Part shown: positions 16,426-25,557 of the stretch, in pieces
Layout of the letters: the number at the start of each line of letters is the position of its first letter
Numbering within the stretch: position 1 is the stretch's first letter
From: an uncultured Actinomycetes bacterium
GTDB lineage: Bacteria; Chloroflexota; Dormibacteria; Aeolococcales; Aeolococcaceae
Length of the DNA: 64,000 nt
Reading direction: 5' to 3'
Assembly: GCA_964499205.1 (NCBI GenBank)
Contig: CAZCJX010000003.1
Span: 8,174-72,173, forward strand
Made by a program: the position numbers and the translations under genes
Notes under the pieces: model-generated
Database searches by the model: none
What the model saw: only the letters and a program-made list of their open reading frames with translations
Told to the model about the DNA's origin: nothing

Positions 16426-16878
16426 ATGGCGTTCCAACCGAGGACATGGAGCCTCGAGGAGATGATCGCCGGCACCTCGCCGGACCCCACCAACAAGGAC
16501 CCGCAGACCGGCGGCGACATCTGGCGCACCTGGCTGCTCGACCGCACCCGGCACATCGACGTGGTCTACGCCAACGTCAAGGGTGGCAACCGCACCGGCA
16601 TCCACATCCACCCCGACACCCACCACTACACCTGCATCATCAAGGGCATCGCGGTGGTGTGGATGGACGGCCACATGCTCGAGCTGAAGGCCGGCGACGT
16701 GGTCAACATCCCCATGAACGTGCTGCACAACTTCGGCGCCAAGGTGGGCCACGACGTCTGGTTGGTGGACATGACCAGCCCGCCCTGGGACCCGACGCTG
16801 ATGATCTTCAAGCCCGAGCGCGAGGCGGAGATCGCGGCGCAGATGGACGCGGCGCTGCGCGCCAACGGCCAGCTCTAG
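16426..16878 (+). CDS. cupin domain protein
   Basis: Cupin motifs GIHIHPDTHHYTCIIKG and GDVVNIPMNVLHNF. Confidence 0.75.
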   Translation: MAFQPRTWSLEEMIAGTSPDPTNKDPQTGGDIWRTWLLDRTRHIDVVYANVKGGNRTGIHIHPDTHHYTCIIKGIAVVWMDGHMLELKAGDVVNIPMNVLHNFGAKVGHDVWLVDMTSPPWDPTLMIFKPEREAEIAAQMDAALRANGQL

Positions 16879-16901
16879 CCCGACTTCTCGCTACTTCTCG
16901 C

Positions 16902-17774
16902 TCAGCCCGCCACCAGCGCGCCGAGGCGCTCGATGCCGTCGACGACGGCGGCCAGCTCGCGGCTGCCGTCGCCGACCAGCTGCCCGGCGTGCACCACCAC
17001 GTCGCCGAAGCCGGCGTCGGCGAACCCGGCCAGCTCGGCGGCGTCCCAGGGGTCGCTGACCCGCACCCAGTAGTCGAAGGGGAGGCGGTCGCGGCCGAGC
17101 CGCCGGCGCTCCGCCTCGATGGTGTTGCGGGCGCGCTGCGCCTCGGCCAGCGGAGCGGCCGGGCCGAACCAGCCGTCGCCGAGGCGCGCGGCGCGGCGCA
17201 GTGCGGCCGGGGTGATCCCGCCGACGACCACGGGCGGCGGCGGCGACGCCGCCGGAGTCATCTGCACGGCGTCGAACCGATAGTGGGCGCCGCGGTGCGA
17301 CACCGCCTCGCCGCTCCACAGCGCGCGCAGGATGGCGACGATCTCGTCCATGCGGGCGCCGCGCGAGTCGAAGTCCTCGCCGACCACCTCGAACTCCTCG
17401 CGCATCCATCCCGCGCCCACGCCGACGACCAGCCGGCCGCCGGAGAGCGCCTGCACCGTCGCCGCGGCGCGCGCGGTGACGAAGGGATTGCGCAGCGGCA
17501 GGATGTAGACGCCGGTGGCCAGGCGGATGCGGCTGGTGGCGCAGGCGAGGTGGCCCAGCGTCGCCCACACGTCGGCCAGCGGCGTGGCCACCCCGTAGCC
17601 GCGGGGGCGGCCGGCCGGGTCGTAGGGATAGGTCGCCTCCCACTCGACGGGGGCCACCAGGTGGTCGGCGACCCAGACGCAGTCGAAGCCGCTGCGCTCC
17701 GCCGCCTGCGCGATCGGCGCGTAGTCGCCGAGCGGGATGCCGAAGACGGTGAGCGACAGGCGCAGGCCGCTCAT
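16902..17774 (-). CDS. LLM-class (luciferase-like, F420/flavin-dependent) oxidoreductase
   Basis: Motifs GFDCVWVADHL, GVYILPLRNP and SGGRLVVGVGAGW, typical of the TIGR03619-like LLM family. Confidence 0.85.
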   Translation of the reverse strand: MSGLRLSLTVFGIPLGDYAPIAQAAERSGFDCVWVADHLVAPVEWEATYPYDPAGRPRGYGVATPLADVWATLGHLACATSRIRLATGVYILPLRNPFVTARAAATVQALSGGRLVVGVGAGWMREEFEVVGEDFDSRGARMDEIVAILRALWSGEAVSHRGAHYRFDAVQMTPAASPPPPVVVGGITPAALRRAARLGDGWFGPAAPLAEAQRARNTIEAERRRLGRDRLPFDYWVRVSDPWDAAELAGFADAGFGDVVVHAGQLVGDGSRELAAVVDGIERLGALVAG

Positions 17775-18535
17775 GGATGCATGTACCAGCCACCGCTGAC
17801 GGTGAGCGCCTCGCCGGTGATGAAGCGCGAGGCGTCGGAGGCCAGGAAGTGGACGACGTCGGCGACATCCTCCGGCTGGCCCCAGCGGCGCAGCGGAGTT
17901 CTGTCCACCTCCGGCCGGAACTCCTGCTCGAACTTCTCCATGAAGCGGGTCCAGACCAGGCCGGGCGCGACGGCGTTGCAGCGGATGCCGTGCGGCCCCA
18001 TCTCCCGGGCCACGGTGCGGGTCAGCGCCTGCAGCGCCGCCTTGGCCGCGGCGTAGGGCGCCTCGCGCTCCGGGCTGGTGTAGGCGGCGACCGAGCTGAC
18101 GTTGACGATGGCGCCGCGGCCCAGCTGCTTCATGCCGGGCAGCACGGCGCGGGTCAGCAGCCAGGGACCGGTGAGGTCGACGGCGAGGGCGCGATCCCAG
18201 TCGGCGGGCTGCAGCTCGTCGACATGCCCGAAGGGGTTGACCGCCGCGTTGTTGACGAGGATCTCCACCGGCCCGACGCCGTCGCGCACCGCGGCGACGA
18301 CGCGCTCGATGCCCTCGGCGTCACCGCCGTCGAGGACGTGGCCGACGACCCGGTCGCCGACCTCCTGGCGCAGCGCCTCGACGGTCTCGGCGGTGCGGCG
18401 TTGATGCACGTCGGTCACCACCACGGTGGCCCCGGCCAGTGCCAGCCGCCGGGCGGTGGCCCGGCCGATGCCCGCCCCCGCCGCGCCGGTGACCAGCGCG
18501 ACGCGGCCCTCCAGGTCGTGGTCCACCTGCGGCAC
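17771..18535 (-). CDS. SDR-family oxidoreductase
   Basis: Motifs VALVTGAAGAGIG, NNAA and YAAAKAAL. Start placed at GTG 18535 because the 18 codons up to TTG 18589 have lower GC3. The start is uncertain. The 3' end overlaps the LLM gene start by 4 nt. Confidence 0.85.
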   Translation of the reverse strand: MPQVDHDLEGRVALVTGAAGAGIGRATARRLALAGATVVVTDVHQRRTAETVEALRQEVGDRVVGHVLDGGDAEGIERVVAAVRDGVGPVEILVNNAAVNPFGHVDELQPADWDRALAVDLTGPWLLTRAVLPGMKQLGRGAIVNVSSVAAYTSPEREAPYAAAKAALQALTRTVAREMGPHGIRCNAVAPGLVWTRFMEKFEQEFRPEVDRTPLRRWGQPEDVADVVHFLASDASRFITGEALTVSGGWYMHP

Positions 18536-18640
18536 CCCTGCGTCTGACGTTCCTGCGGTCGCCGTCCACCCCTGAACGCGCGGCCGCAATTCTTACATAA
18601 TTTGTAGACGCAGCAAACCTCGCCAGTGGGGGACGCCGAG

Positions 18641-20287
18641 ATGCCCGGACTGCCGCCCGCGCTGGAGGAGCGCTACCGGGCCCGTGGCCTGCGCAGCGAC
18701 GAGCGCATCGGCTGGAGCCTGACCCGGGCCGCGGAGCGGTGGCCGGAGCGCGTGGCACTGGTCTGCGACGGCCGGCGACACACCTACGCCGAGCTGTGGC
18801 GCTGGGCCACCGCGCTGGCCCAATGGCTGCACGACAGCGGGCTGCGCCCCGGGGACCGTCTGCTCTGGCAGCTGCCCAACTCCGCCGCGGCGCTCGCCCT
18901 CCACCTCGCCGGCTGGCGGATCGGGGCCCTCTGCGTCCCCGTGGTCCCCGCCTACCGCGAGCACGAGATGGGCCAGATCCTCGCCGACTCCCGCCCCGCC
19001 GCGGTGGTCGTCGCGTCGAGCGCTGCGGGCCGCTCGCCGGTGGCGGAGATGGAGGCGCTGATGGCGTCGAGCGGCATCGCGCCGCGCATCCGCATCGCCG
19101 CCGGCGGCGAGCCAGGAGCGCATCCCAGCTGGAGCGCACTGGCAGCCGCCCCGCCCCGGCCCGGCGCGCGCGTCGACGACGGCGGCCTGCCCGACCCCTC
19201 CCCCGCCGCCGCGCCCTGCCTGCTCCTCTACACCTCGGGCACCACCGCCCGCCCCAAGGGCGCGCTGCACTCCTCGGCCTCACTGGTCGCCGAGGTCACC
19301 ACCCTGGGCCGGGCGATGGGCTTCTCGCACCGCGACGTCTTCATCACCGGCGCACCGATCACCCACGTCGCCGGCCTGCTGCTCAGCGGCCTGCTCCCCG
19401 CCGCCTACGGCGCCCGCGCCGTGCTGCTCACCCGCTGGGACGCCGACGATGCGGTCCGCCTGGCCGGCGAGGAGCGGGCCACCTTCTCCATGGGACCCAC
19501 CGTCTTCCTGCAGGGCTTCGTGGAGCGCTACGAGGCGGAGCCGGACCGGCATCCCCACCGGCTGGGCACCTTCATGTGCGGCGGCGCCGCCATCTCGCCC
19601 GCGCTCATCGAGCGCGCCGACGCCGCGGGCATCCGCGCCTTCCGCAGCTGGGGGATGACCGAGGCGCCCACCGTCGGCGTGATCGGCCCCGACGACCCCC
19701 TGGAGCGGCGCGCCAACAGCGACGGCCGCCTCTCGGAGGGCTGCGAGGTGCAGGCGGTCGACGAGCAGCGCATCCCGCTGCCGCCGGGCGAGCTCGGCGA
19801 GCTGCGCCTGCGCTGTCCCGAGCAGATGCTGGGCTACAGCGACCCAGCCCTCGACGCCGAGCAGGTCGACGCCGAGGGCTGGTTCTACACCGGCGACGCC
19901 GGCCGCGTCGACGGCGACGGCTGGGTGACCATGACCGGCCGCCTCAAGGACGTGGTCAACCGCGGCGGCGAGAAGTTCTCGGCGCAGGACATCGAGCACG
20001 CCATCGCCTCCCACCCGGCGATCGGCGCGGTGGCGGTGACCGGGCTGCCCGACCAGCGCCTCGGCGAGTGCGTCGCCGCCTTCGTGGTGCTGCGTCCCGG
20101 GGTCGAGTGGCCGGGGCGGCAGGCGCTGCTCGACCACCTGGAGGCGCAGCGCCTCGCCCGGCAGAAGTTTCCCACCGTGTGGCGGGCCGTCGACGAGCTG
20201 CCCATGACCCTTTCCGGCAAGGTGCAGAAGCACCGCCTGGTGGCGATGTGGGAGGCTGCTCCCCAGGCCTCTCGGGACCTTTCCTGA
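18641..20287 (+). CDS. AMP-dependent acyl-CoA synthetase/ligase
   Basis: AMP-binding motif LLLYTSGTTARPKG, plus GWFYTGD and the C-terminal SGKVQK. ATG 18641 has GGGGGA upstream (alternative GTG 18626). Confidence 0.9.
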   Translation: MPGLPPALEERYRARGLRSDERIGWSLTRAAERWPERVALVCDGRRHTYAELWRWATALAQWLHDSGLRPGDRLLWQLPNSAAALALHLAGWRIGALCVPVVPAYREHEMGQILADSRPAAVVVASSAAGRSPVAEMEALMASSGIAPRIRIAAGGEPGAHPSWSALAAAPPRPGARVDDGGLPDPSPAAAPCLLLYTSGTTARPKGALHSSASLVAEVTTLGRAMGFSHRDVFITGAPITHVAGLLLSGLLPAAYGARAVLLTRWDADDAVRLAGEERATFSMGPTVFLQGFVERYEAEPDRHPHRLGTFMCGGAAISPALIERADAAGIRAFRSWGMTEAPTVGVIGPDDPLERRANSDGRLSEGCEVQAVDEQRIPLPPGELGELRLRCPEQMLGYSDPALDAEQVDAEGWFYTGDAGRVDGDGWVTMTGRLKDVVNRGGEKFSAQDIEHAIASHPAIGAVAVTGLPDQRLGECVAAFVVLRPGVEWPGRQALLDHLEAQRLARQKFPTVWRAVDELPMTLSGKVQKHRLVAMWEAAPQASRDLS

Positions 20288-20334
20288 TGCCATGTCGAGT
20301 TTTTGACAAAGTTTGTACAGCGGAGGCCACCTGC

Positions 20335-21195
20335 ATGACCGATGACGCCGTCGTCACCTACGAGACGCGCGGCCAGCTGGCGGTGGTCACCATGAACCGC
20401 CCCCGCTACCGCAATGCGCAGAACAGCGCGATGACCTACGCCCTCGACGCGGCGTTCTCCCGCGCCGCCGAGGACGACGAGGTGCGCGTGGTGCTGTTGC
20501 GCGGGGCGGGCGACCACTTCTCCGCCGGCCACGACATCGGCACACCGGAGCGCGACGTGGACCAGAGCTTCGAACGCAGAGCGTCGCTGTGGTGGGACCA
20601 CACCACCAGGCAGGGCGCGGCGCGCCGCTATGCGCGCGAGCAGGAGGTGTACCTGGGCATGTGCCGGCGCTGGCGGGAGCTGCCCAAGCCGTCCATCGCC
20701 ATGGTGCAGGGCGCGTGCATCGGCGGCGGCTTGATGCTGGCCTGGGTGTGCGACCTCATCGTCGCCGCCGACGACGCCTTCTTCGCCGATCCGGTGGTGC
20801 GCATGGGGATTCCCGGCGTCGAGTTCTTCGCCCATCCCTGGGTGCTCGGCCCGCGGGTGGCCCGTGAGTTCCTCTACACCGGTGCGCGGCTCAGCGCACA
20901 GCGCGGCTACGAGGTGGGCATGGTCAACCGGGTGGTGCCGCGCGCCGATCTGGAGCGCACCGCCGTCGAGCTCGCCGAGCAGATCGCGACCATGCCGCCC
21001 TTCGGATTGGCGCTCACCAAGAAGGCGATCAACGAGGCCGAGGACCAGATGGGCATGCGCGCGGGCATCGAGCTGGCCTTCTCGCTGCACCACCTCGCCC
21101 ACGCCCACAACGCCGAGGTGCAGGGGGACCAGCTGGGCGGCGCCACCGTCGAGACGCTGCGCAACGCCAACCGGGCTGCGCCGCGCGACTCCTAG
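20335..21195 (+). CDS. enoyl-CoA hydratase/isomerase (crotonase) family protein
   Basis: Only the last 286 codons of the 818-aa track ORF. ATG 20335 is preceded by GGAGG. Motif VVLLRGAGDHFSAGHDIG. Confidence 0.9.
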   Translation: MTDDAVVTYETRGQLAVVTMNRPRYRNAQNSAMTYALDAAFSRAAEDDEVRVVLLRGAGDHFSAGHDIGTPERDVDQSFERRASLWWDHTTRQGAARRYAREQEVYLGMCRRWRELPKPSIAMVQGACIGGGLMLAWVCDLIVAADDAFFADPVVRMGIPGVEFFAHPWVLGPRVAREFLYTGARLSAQRGYEVGMVNRVVPRADLERTAVELAEQIATMPPFGLALTKKAINEAEDQMGMRAGIELAFSLHHLAHAHNAEVQGDQLGGATVETLRNANRAAPRDS

Positions 21196-22031
21196 GCGCG
21201 CAGGCGCATGCGGCCGGAGGTCAGTGCCGGGCCGCGATCGGTGTGCGCGTCGAGCAGCACCTCGCCGTCGCTCGCATGCCAAGCCCGGATCTGCAGCGTG
21301 TCACCGGGATACACCAGCCCCGCGAAGCGCGCCTCGTAGGACTCGAGCCGCTGGTGGTCGCCGTCGGTGAGCGCAGCGGTCAGCGCGCGCGCCACCACGC
21401 CGTAGGTGCACAGCCCGTGCAGGAACGGCTTCTCGTAGCCGTGGGCCCGCGCCATGTCGGGATCGATGTGCATGGGATTGCGGTCACCGCAGAGGCGGTA
21501 CAGCGCGGCCTGATCGGGAGATGTCGCGACGCTGAGCTGCACATCGGGCTGGCGCTGCGGCGGCGCACTGCGCGGACCCGAGGGACCGCGCTCGCCGCCG
21601 AAGCCACCGGCGCCGCGCACGAACGAGGCGTTGACGCTGGTGAACATCGGGCCGTCGCCGTCGCTGCTGACGCTCTCCCACACGATCACCGCGGCGGACC
21701 CCTTGTCCCACACCGCGATGCAGCGGCGCGTCGACTCCACCGACCCCTGCGGCGGGATGGGCCGGTGCAGGGTGATCGACTCCTCGCCGTGCAGCAGGTC
21801 GCCGAGGTCGAAGTCGACGGCGTCGAGGAACGCGGGCAGGAAAACGCTCGACGGGATCACCGCGAAGGTCGGCAGCACCTGCGGGCCGCGCCCTTCGTAG
21901 ACCAGGTCGAGGTCGTCGGCGGTGGCCCCGACGGCGAGCGCGTAGAGGATGGTGTCGCGTTCGGTCCAGGTGTGCCGCGACGGCGCCAGCTCCAGCCCCA
22001 CCAGGGAGGGGTCGATGTGCCGCCGGGTCAC
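21192..22031 (-). CDS. MaoC-like double hot-dog (R)-specific enoyl-CoA hydratase/dehydratase
   Basis: N-terminal and C-terminal MaoC dehydratase-like halves (LYALAVGA.., LYRLCGDRNPMHIDPDMA). GTG start overlaps the upstream TGA. Confidence 0.8.
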   Translation of the reverse strand: MTRRHIDPSLVGLELAPSRHTWTERDTILYALAVGATADDLDLVYEGRGPQVLPTFAVIPSSVFLPAFLDAVDFDLGDLLHGEESITLHRPIPPQGSVESTRRCIAVWDKGSAAVIVWESVSSDGDGPMFTSVNASFVRGAGGFGGERGPSGPRSAPPQRQPDVQLSVATSPDQAALYRLCGDRNPMHIDPDMARAHGYEKPFLHGLCTYGVVARALTAALTDGDHQRLESYEARFAGLVYPGDTLQIRAWHASDGEVLLDAHTDRGPALTSGRMRLRA

Positions 22032-23227
22032 CGCGCCACGCCGTCCTCGCGCAGCGCGGCGATCTCCGCGGCGCTGTAGCCGATCTCGGCGAGCACCTCG
22101 GCGGTGTGCTCGCCCAGCGCGGGCGGCGCCATGGCGTACTCGGGACGCCAGGACCCGAACTGCGCCGGCGCACGCACGGTGCGGATCGGCGCGTCGTCGC
22201 CCCAGCCGACGTTCACCACCGTCCCCATGGCCTGCACCTGTGCGTCGGCCTCGATGTCGGCGTAGGACTTGACCATGCCCACCGCCAGCCCGGCGCCCTG
22301 CAGGCGCTCTATCCAGGCGCGCGAGGTGTCGGTGCGCAGCGTCGACTCCAGCTCGGCCACCAGCGCCTCGCGGTTGCGCACCCGATCCACCTTGGTGGCG
22401 AAGCGCGCGTCGTCGACCAGCTCGGCGCGGCCGAGCGACTCGCAGAGGAGCCGCCAGTGGGTGTCGAGGTAGGCGGAGATCACCAGGTGTCCGTCGGCGG
22501 TGGCCAGCAGGTCGGCGGGTGCCGTCATCGGCGCGGCGTTGCCGCAGCGCGGTGGCAGCGTGCCGGTGGCAAGGTACTCGGTCATCGGCGCCGCCTGCAG
22601 GTGCAGGGCGACATCGAGCAGGGAGACGCTGACGCAGTCGCCCTCGCCGGTGCGCTCGCGGTTGAGCAGCGCCGCCAGGATGCCCTGGGCGAGCACGTGC
22701 CCGGCGGCGACGTCGACGACGGTGAAGCCGACCTTGGTGGGCGGGCCCTCGGGCTGGCCGGTCACGGCCATGATGCCGCTCTCCGCCTGGATCACCAGGT
22801 CGACGCCGCGACGGCCGCGTTCCGGTCCGGCATGGCCGAAACCGCTGAGCGACGCGTAGACCAGGCGGGGATGGGCGCGGCGCAGGCTCGCCACCCCGAG
22901 GCCGAGGCGATCCATCACCCCGGGGCGGAAGCTCTCGATCAGCACGTCGCTGCCCTCGAGCAGGCGGGCGACCACCTCCAGGCCGCCGACGGTGCGCAGG
23001 TCGAGGGCGATCGAGCGCTTGCCGCGGTTGAAAGCGAGGAACGTCGGGCTGGTGCCGCTGCCGGTGAAGGCGGCCGTCTGCAGCTCCCGGGCCGGGTCAC
23101 CGCTCAATGCCTCCACCTTGACCACGGCGGCGCCGAGGTCGGCGAGGACCATGCCGGCGCAGGGCGCGGCGAGCAGGTTGCCCAGCTCCAGCACCCTGAG
23201 CCCGTGCAGCGGCGGGCGGGCCGTCAC
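22028..23227 (-). CDS. CoA-transferase family III (CaiB/BaiF-like)
   Basis: Motifs LHGLRVLELGNLLAAPCAGMVLADLGAAVVKVE and GRRGVDLVIQAESGIMAVTG. Confidence 0.9.
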   Translation of the reverse strand: MTARPPLHGLRVLELGNLLAAPCAGMVLADLGAAVVKVEALSGDPARELQTAAFTGSGTSPTFLAFNRGKRSIALDLRTVGGLEVVARLLEGSDVLIESFRPGVMDRLGLGVASLRRAHPRLVYASLSGFGHAGPERGRRGVDLVIQAESGIMAVTGQPEGPPTKVGFTVVDVAAGHVLAQGILAALLNRERTGEGDCVSVSLLDVALHLQAAPMTEYLATGTLPPRCGNAAPMTAPADLLATADGHLVISAYLDTHWRLLCESLGRAELVDDARFATKVDRVRNREALVAELESTLRTDTSRAWIERLQGAGLAVGMVKSYADIEADAQVQAMGTVVNVGWGDDAPIRTVRAPAQFGSWRPEYAMAPPALGEHTAEVLAEIGYSAAEIAALREDGVAR

Positions 23228-24378
23228 CGGGGACGCAGTCCCATGCGGCGGGCGATGGCGTCGCGCTGGATCTGCGAGGTGCCGGCGGTGATGGTCGAGC
23301 CGCGCGCCGCGCGCAGGTGCCGCTGCATCGGCATCTCCATGGTGTAGCCGTAGCCGCCCATGATCTGCATGCCGTTGTTGGCGACGCGCAGGAACGCCTC
23401 GGAGCCGAACAGCTTGGCCATGGAGATCTCCAGCAGCGCGTCGCGTCCCTGGTCGAGCACCCAGGCGGCGCGGTAGGTGAGCAGGCGCGCCGCGTCGACC
23501 TCGGTCTGCATGTCGGCGAGCATGTGGGCGATCACCTGGAAGTCGCCGATGCGGCGGCCGAACTGCTCGCGCTGGGTGGCGTAGGCAAGCGCCTCGTCGA
23601 CCACCGTCTGGGCGTTGCCGGCGTAGGCGCAGGAGGTGACGATGCGCTCCAATTGCAGGCCGCCGAGCAGGCAGGCCCAGCCGTCGCCGGGCTGACCGAC
23701 CAGTCGGTCGGCGGGGACGAAGCAGTCCTGGAAGACCAGCTGGGTGGTCGGCAGCATGTGCCGTCCCAGGGTGCGCAGGGGGCGGATCTCCAGGCCCGGG
23801 GCGGTGTTGTCGACCAGCAGCAGGCCGAGGCCGTGCTGCCGCGGCGCGTCGGGATCGGTGCGGCAGTAGACGCTGATCACGGTGTCGTCGACGGCGGCGC
23901 CGCTGCAGAACACTTTCTCGCCGTTGAGCAGCCAGCCGCCCTCGACGCGGCGCGCGGTGGTGCGCATCGAGCCGGCGTCCGAGCCAGAGCCGGGCTCGGT
24001 GATGGCCACACAGAAGCGCACGTCGCCATTGAGCAGCCGCGGGATCCAGTGGCGGCGCTGCTCCTCGCTGCCGTGGCGCAGCACGGTGAGCGCGTTGAAG
24101 ATGGGGATGCCGTACACCGCGGCCAGGTCGTAGCCCCAGCGGCCGATCTCCTCGGCGACCAGGGCGAAGTCGAGGATGCCGCGGCCCAGGCCGCCGTGTT
24201 CCTCGGGGAAGGGCAGGCCGAGCAGGCCCATGGCGACGAACTGCCGGTAGAGCTCGTACGGGTAGCGCTCGGCGTCGTCGTGCTCGCGCAGGTAGTCCTC
24301 GGTGGCGACGCGCTCCATCATCGAACGCACCGCGTCGAGGACGTCGCGCTGCTCCTGGGTCGGGGTGAAGTCGAACAT
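23224..24378 (-). CDS. acyl-CoA dehydrogenase
   Basis: 384 aa. Motifs AITEPGSGSD and GGYGYTMEMPMQRHLRAARGSTITAGTSQIQR. Confidence 0.9.
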   Translation of the reverse strand: MFDFTPTQEQRDVLDAVRSMMERVATEDYLREHDDAERYPYELYRQFVAMGLLGLPFPEEHGGLGRGILDFALVAEEIGRWGYDLAAVYGIPIFNALTVLRHGSEEQRRHWIPRLLNGDVRFCVAITEPGSGSDAGSMRTTARRVEGGWLLNGEKVFCSGAAVDDTVISVYCRTDPDAPRQHGLGLLLVDNTAPGLEIRPLRTLGRHMLPTTQLVFQDCFVPADRLVGQPGDGWACLLGGLQLERIVTSCAYAGNAQTVVDEALAYATQREQFGRRIGDFQVIAHMLADMQTEVDAARLLTYRAAWVLDQGRDALLEISMAKLFGSEAFLRVANNGMQIMGGYGYTMEMPMQRHLRAARGSTITAGTSQIQRDAIARRMGLRPR

Positions 24379-24385
24379 GGCCGGG

Positions 24386-25153
24386 TCAGTCGCTCCAGCG
24401 GGGTTGCCGCTTCTCGCGGAAGGCCGCGGCCGCCTCGGCGGCGTCGGGTGTTTCTGCCAGTCGCAGGCTGAACTCCTGCTCCACCGCGTAGCCCGCCTCG
24501 ACGTCGAGGGGCTCGGCGAGGTCGAGCGACTGCTTGGCCAGGCGCACCGCGGTGGGGCTCTTGGCGGCGATGTCCTCGGCCAGCTGGTGGGCGCGGGCGT
24601 CGAGGGCGTCGCCGTCGTCGAGCAGCTCGGTCACCATGCCGAGGCGGTGCGCCTCCGCCGCGTCGATGGGACGGCCGGTGAAGTACATGCGCCGCACCGT
24701 GCCCATGGGCAGGACGCGCATCAGGTAGCGGCCGCCGCCGCAGCGCCCCACGGTGATCTCGGGAACGCCGAAGCGCGCGCTGCGCGTGGCCAGGCGGACG
24801 TCGCAGGCGGCGGCGAGCTGGCAGCCGGCGCCCAGCGCCGCGCCGTCGACCGCGCAGATCACCGGCACGGGTGAGTGCAGCACCTGCGAGAAGAAGGCGC
24901 GGGTCATCGCCTGGCGCTGCTCGTCCTGCTGGCGCGGCATGGGCAGCTCGCGGATGTCGGCGCCGGCGCAGAAGATTCCCGGCACCGCGGAGCGGATGAC
25001 GACCGCGCTGCAGTGCCGGTCCTGCTGGAGGGCGCTGAGCGCCTCGGCCAGCTCGCGGTAGGTCTGGGTGCGCAGCGCGTTGACCCGCGGACGCGCCAGC
25101 GAGATGGTGCCGACGCGTCCCTGCAGCGACGCCGAGACGTCCTCCGCCGTCAC
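24386..25153 (-). CDS. enoyl-CoA hydratase/isomerase family protein
   Basis: Motif VVIRSAVPGIFCAGADIRE, crotonase fold length (255 aa). Confidence 0.9.
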   Translation of the reverse strand: MTAEDVSASLQGRVGTISLARPRVNALRTQTYRELAEALSALQQDRHCSAVVIRSAVPGIFCAGADIRELPMPRQQDEQRQAMTRAFFSQVLHSPVPVICAVDGAALGAGCQLAAACDVRLATRSARFGVPEITVGRCGGGRYLMRVLPMGTVRRMYFTGRPIDAAEAHRLGMVTELLDDGDALDARAHQLAEDIAAKSPTAVRLAKQSLDLAEPLDVEAGYAVEQEFSLRLAETPDAAEAAAAFREKRQPRWSD

Positions 25154-25557
25154 TGCGGCGCGGGCACCAGCAGCAGACGGCGCACCAGCCCGTCGTCGAG
25201 CAGCCGCTGCCGCGCCGCCGGGCTGACCCGCTCGCGGCTCCAGCCGAAGTCGGGCAGCACGCTGATCTCGACGCTCCGCACGCCCTGCACCGCGGCGATG
25301 CGCTCGCGCAGCTCCTTCTGGATGACGAAGGTGTACATGCAGAGCGGGTCGTCGAGCAGCAGCTCGACGTGCACGGCGCCGCCCTCGTGGGTGACGCGCT
25401 CGACCATGCCCAGGTCGAGCAGGTTGAGGTCGGTGCCGTGCAGGCGGCTGCAGGGATCGACGACGCCGGCGATGGCGGCGCGCACCGCGGCCAGGCTGAC
25501 CGCGGTGCCGGCGACGGCGCCCGTGCCGGTCGCTGTCGTGGCGTGCGGCGCGTTCAC
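25150..25557 (-). CDS. DUF59 (MIP18/PaaD-like, metal-sulfur cluster assembly factor family) protein
   Basis: Last 135 codons of the 618-aa track ORF. GTG 25557 overlaps the upstream TGA. Motif VVDPCSRLHGTDLNLLDLGMVERV...V.VELLLDDPLCMY. Confidence 0.7.
   Translation of the reverse strand: MNAPHATTATGTGAVAGTAVSLAAVRAAIAGVVDPCSRLHGTDLNLLDLGMVERVTHEGGAVHVELLLDDPLCMYTFVIQKELRERIAAVQGVRSVEISVLPDFGWSRERVSPAARQRLLDDGLVRRLLLVPAPQ

Noticed and set aside
18739-20334. N-terminal 530 codons of the 818-aa ORF 18739-21195.
   Set aside because: This part is out of frame within the acyl-CoA synthetase gene and is Arg/Pro-rich. The real gene is the crotonase starting at ATG 20335, behind a GGAGG site.
21192-21195. 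Convergent hydratase and MaoC genes overlap by 4 nt through the palindrome CTAG, so each strand reads TAG as its stop.
   Set aside because: This is real in the sequence but is a trivial consequence of tight packing. No functional implication can be supported.
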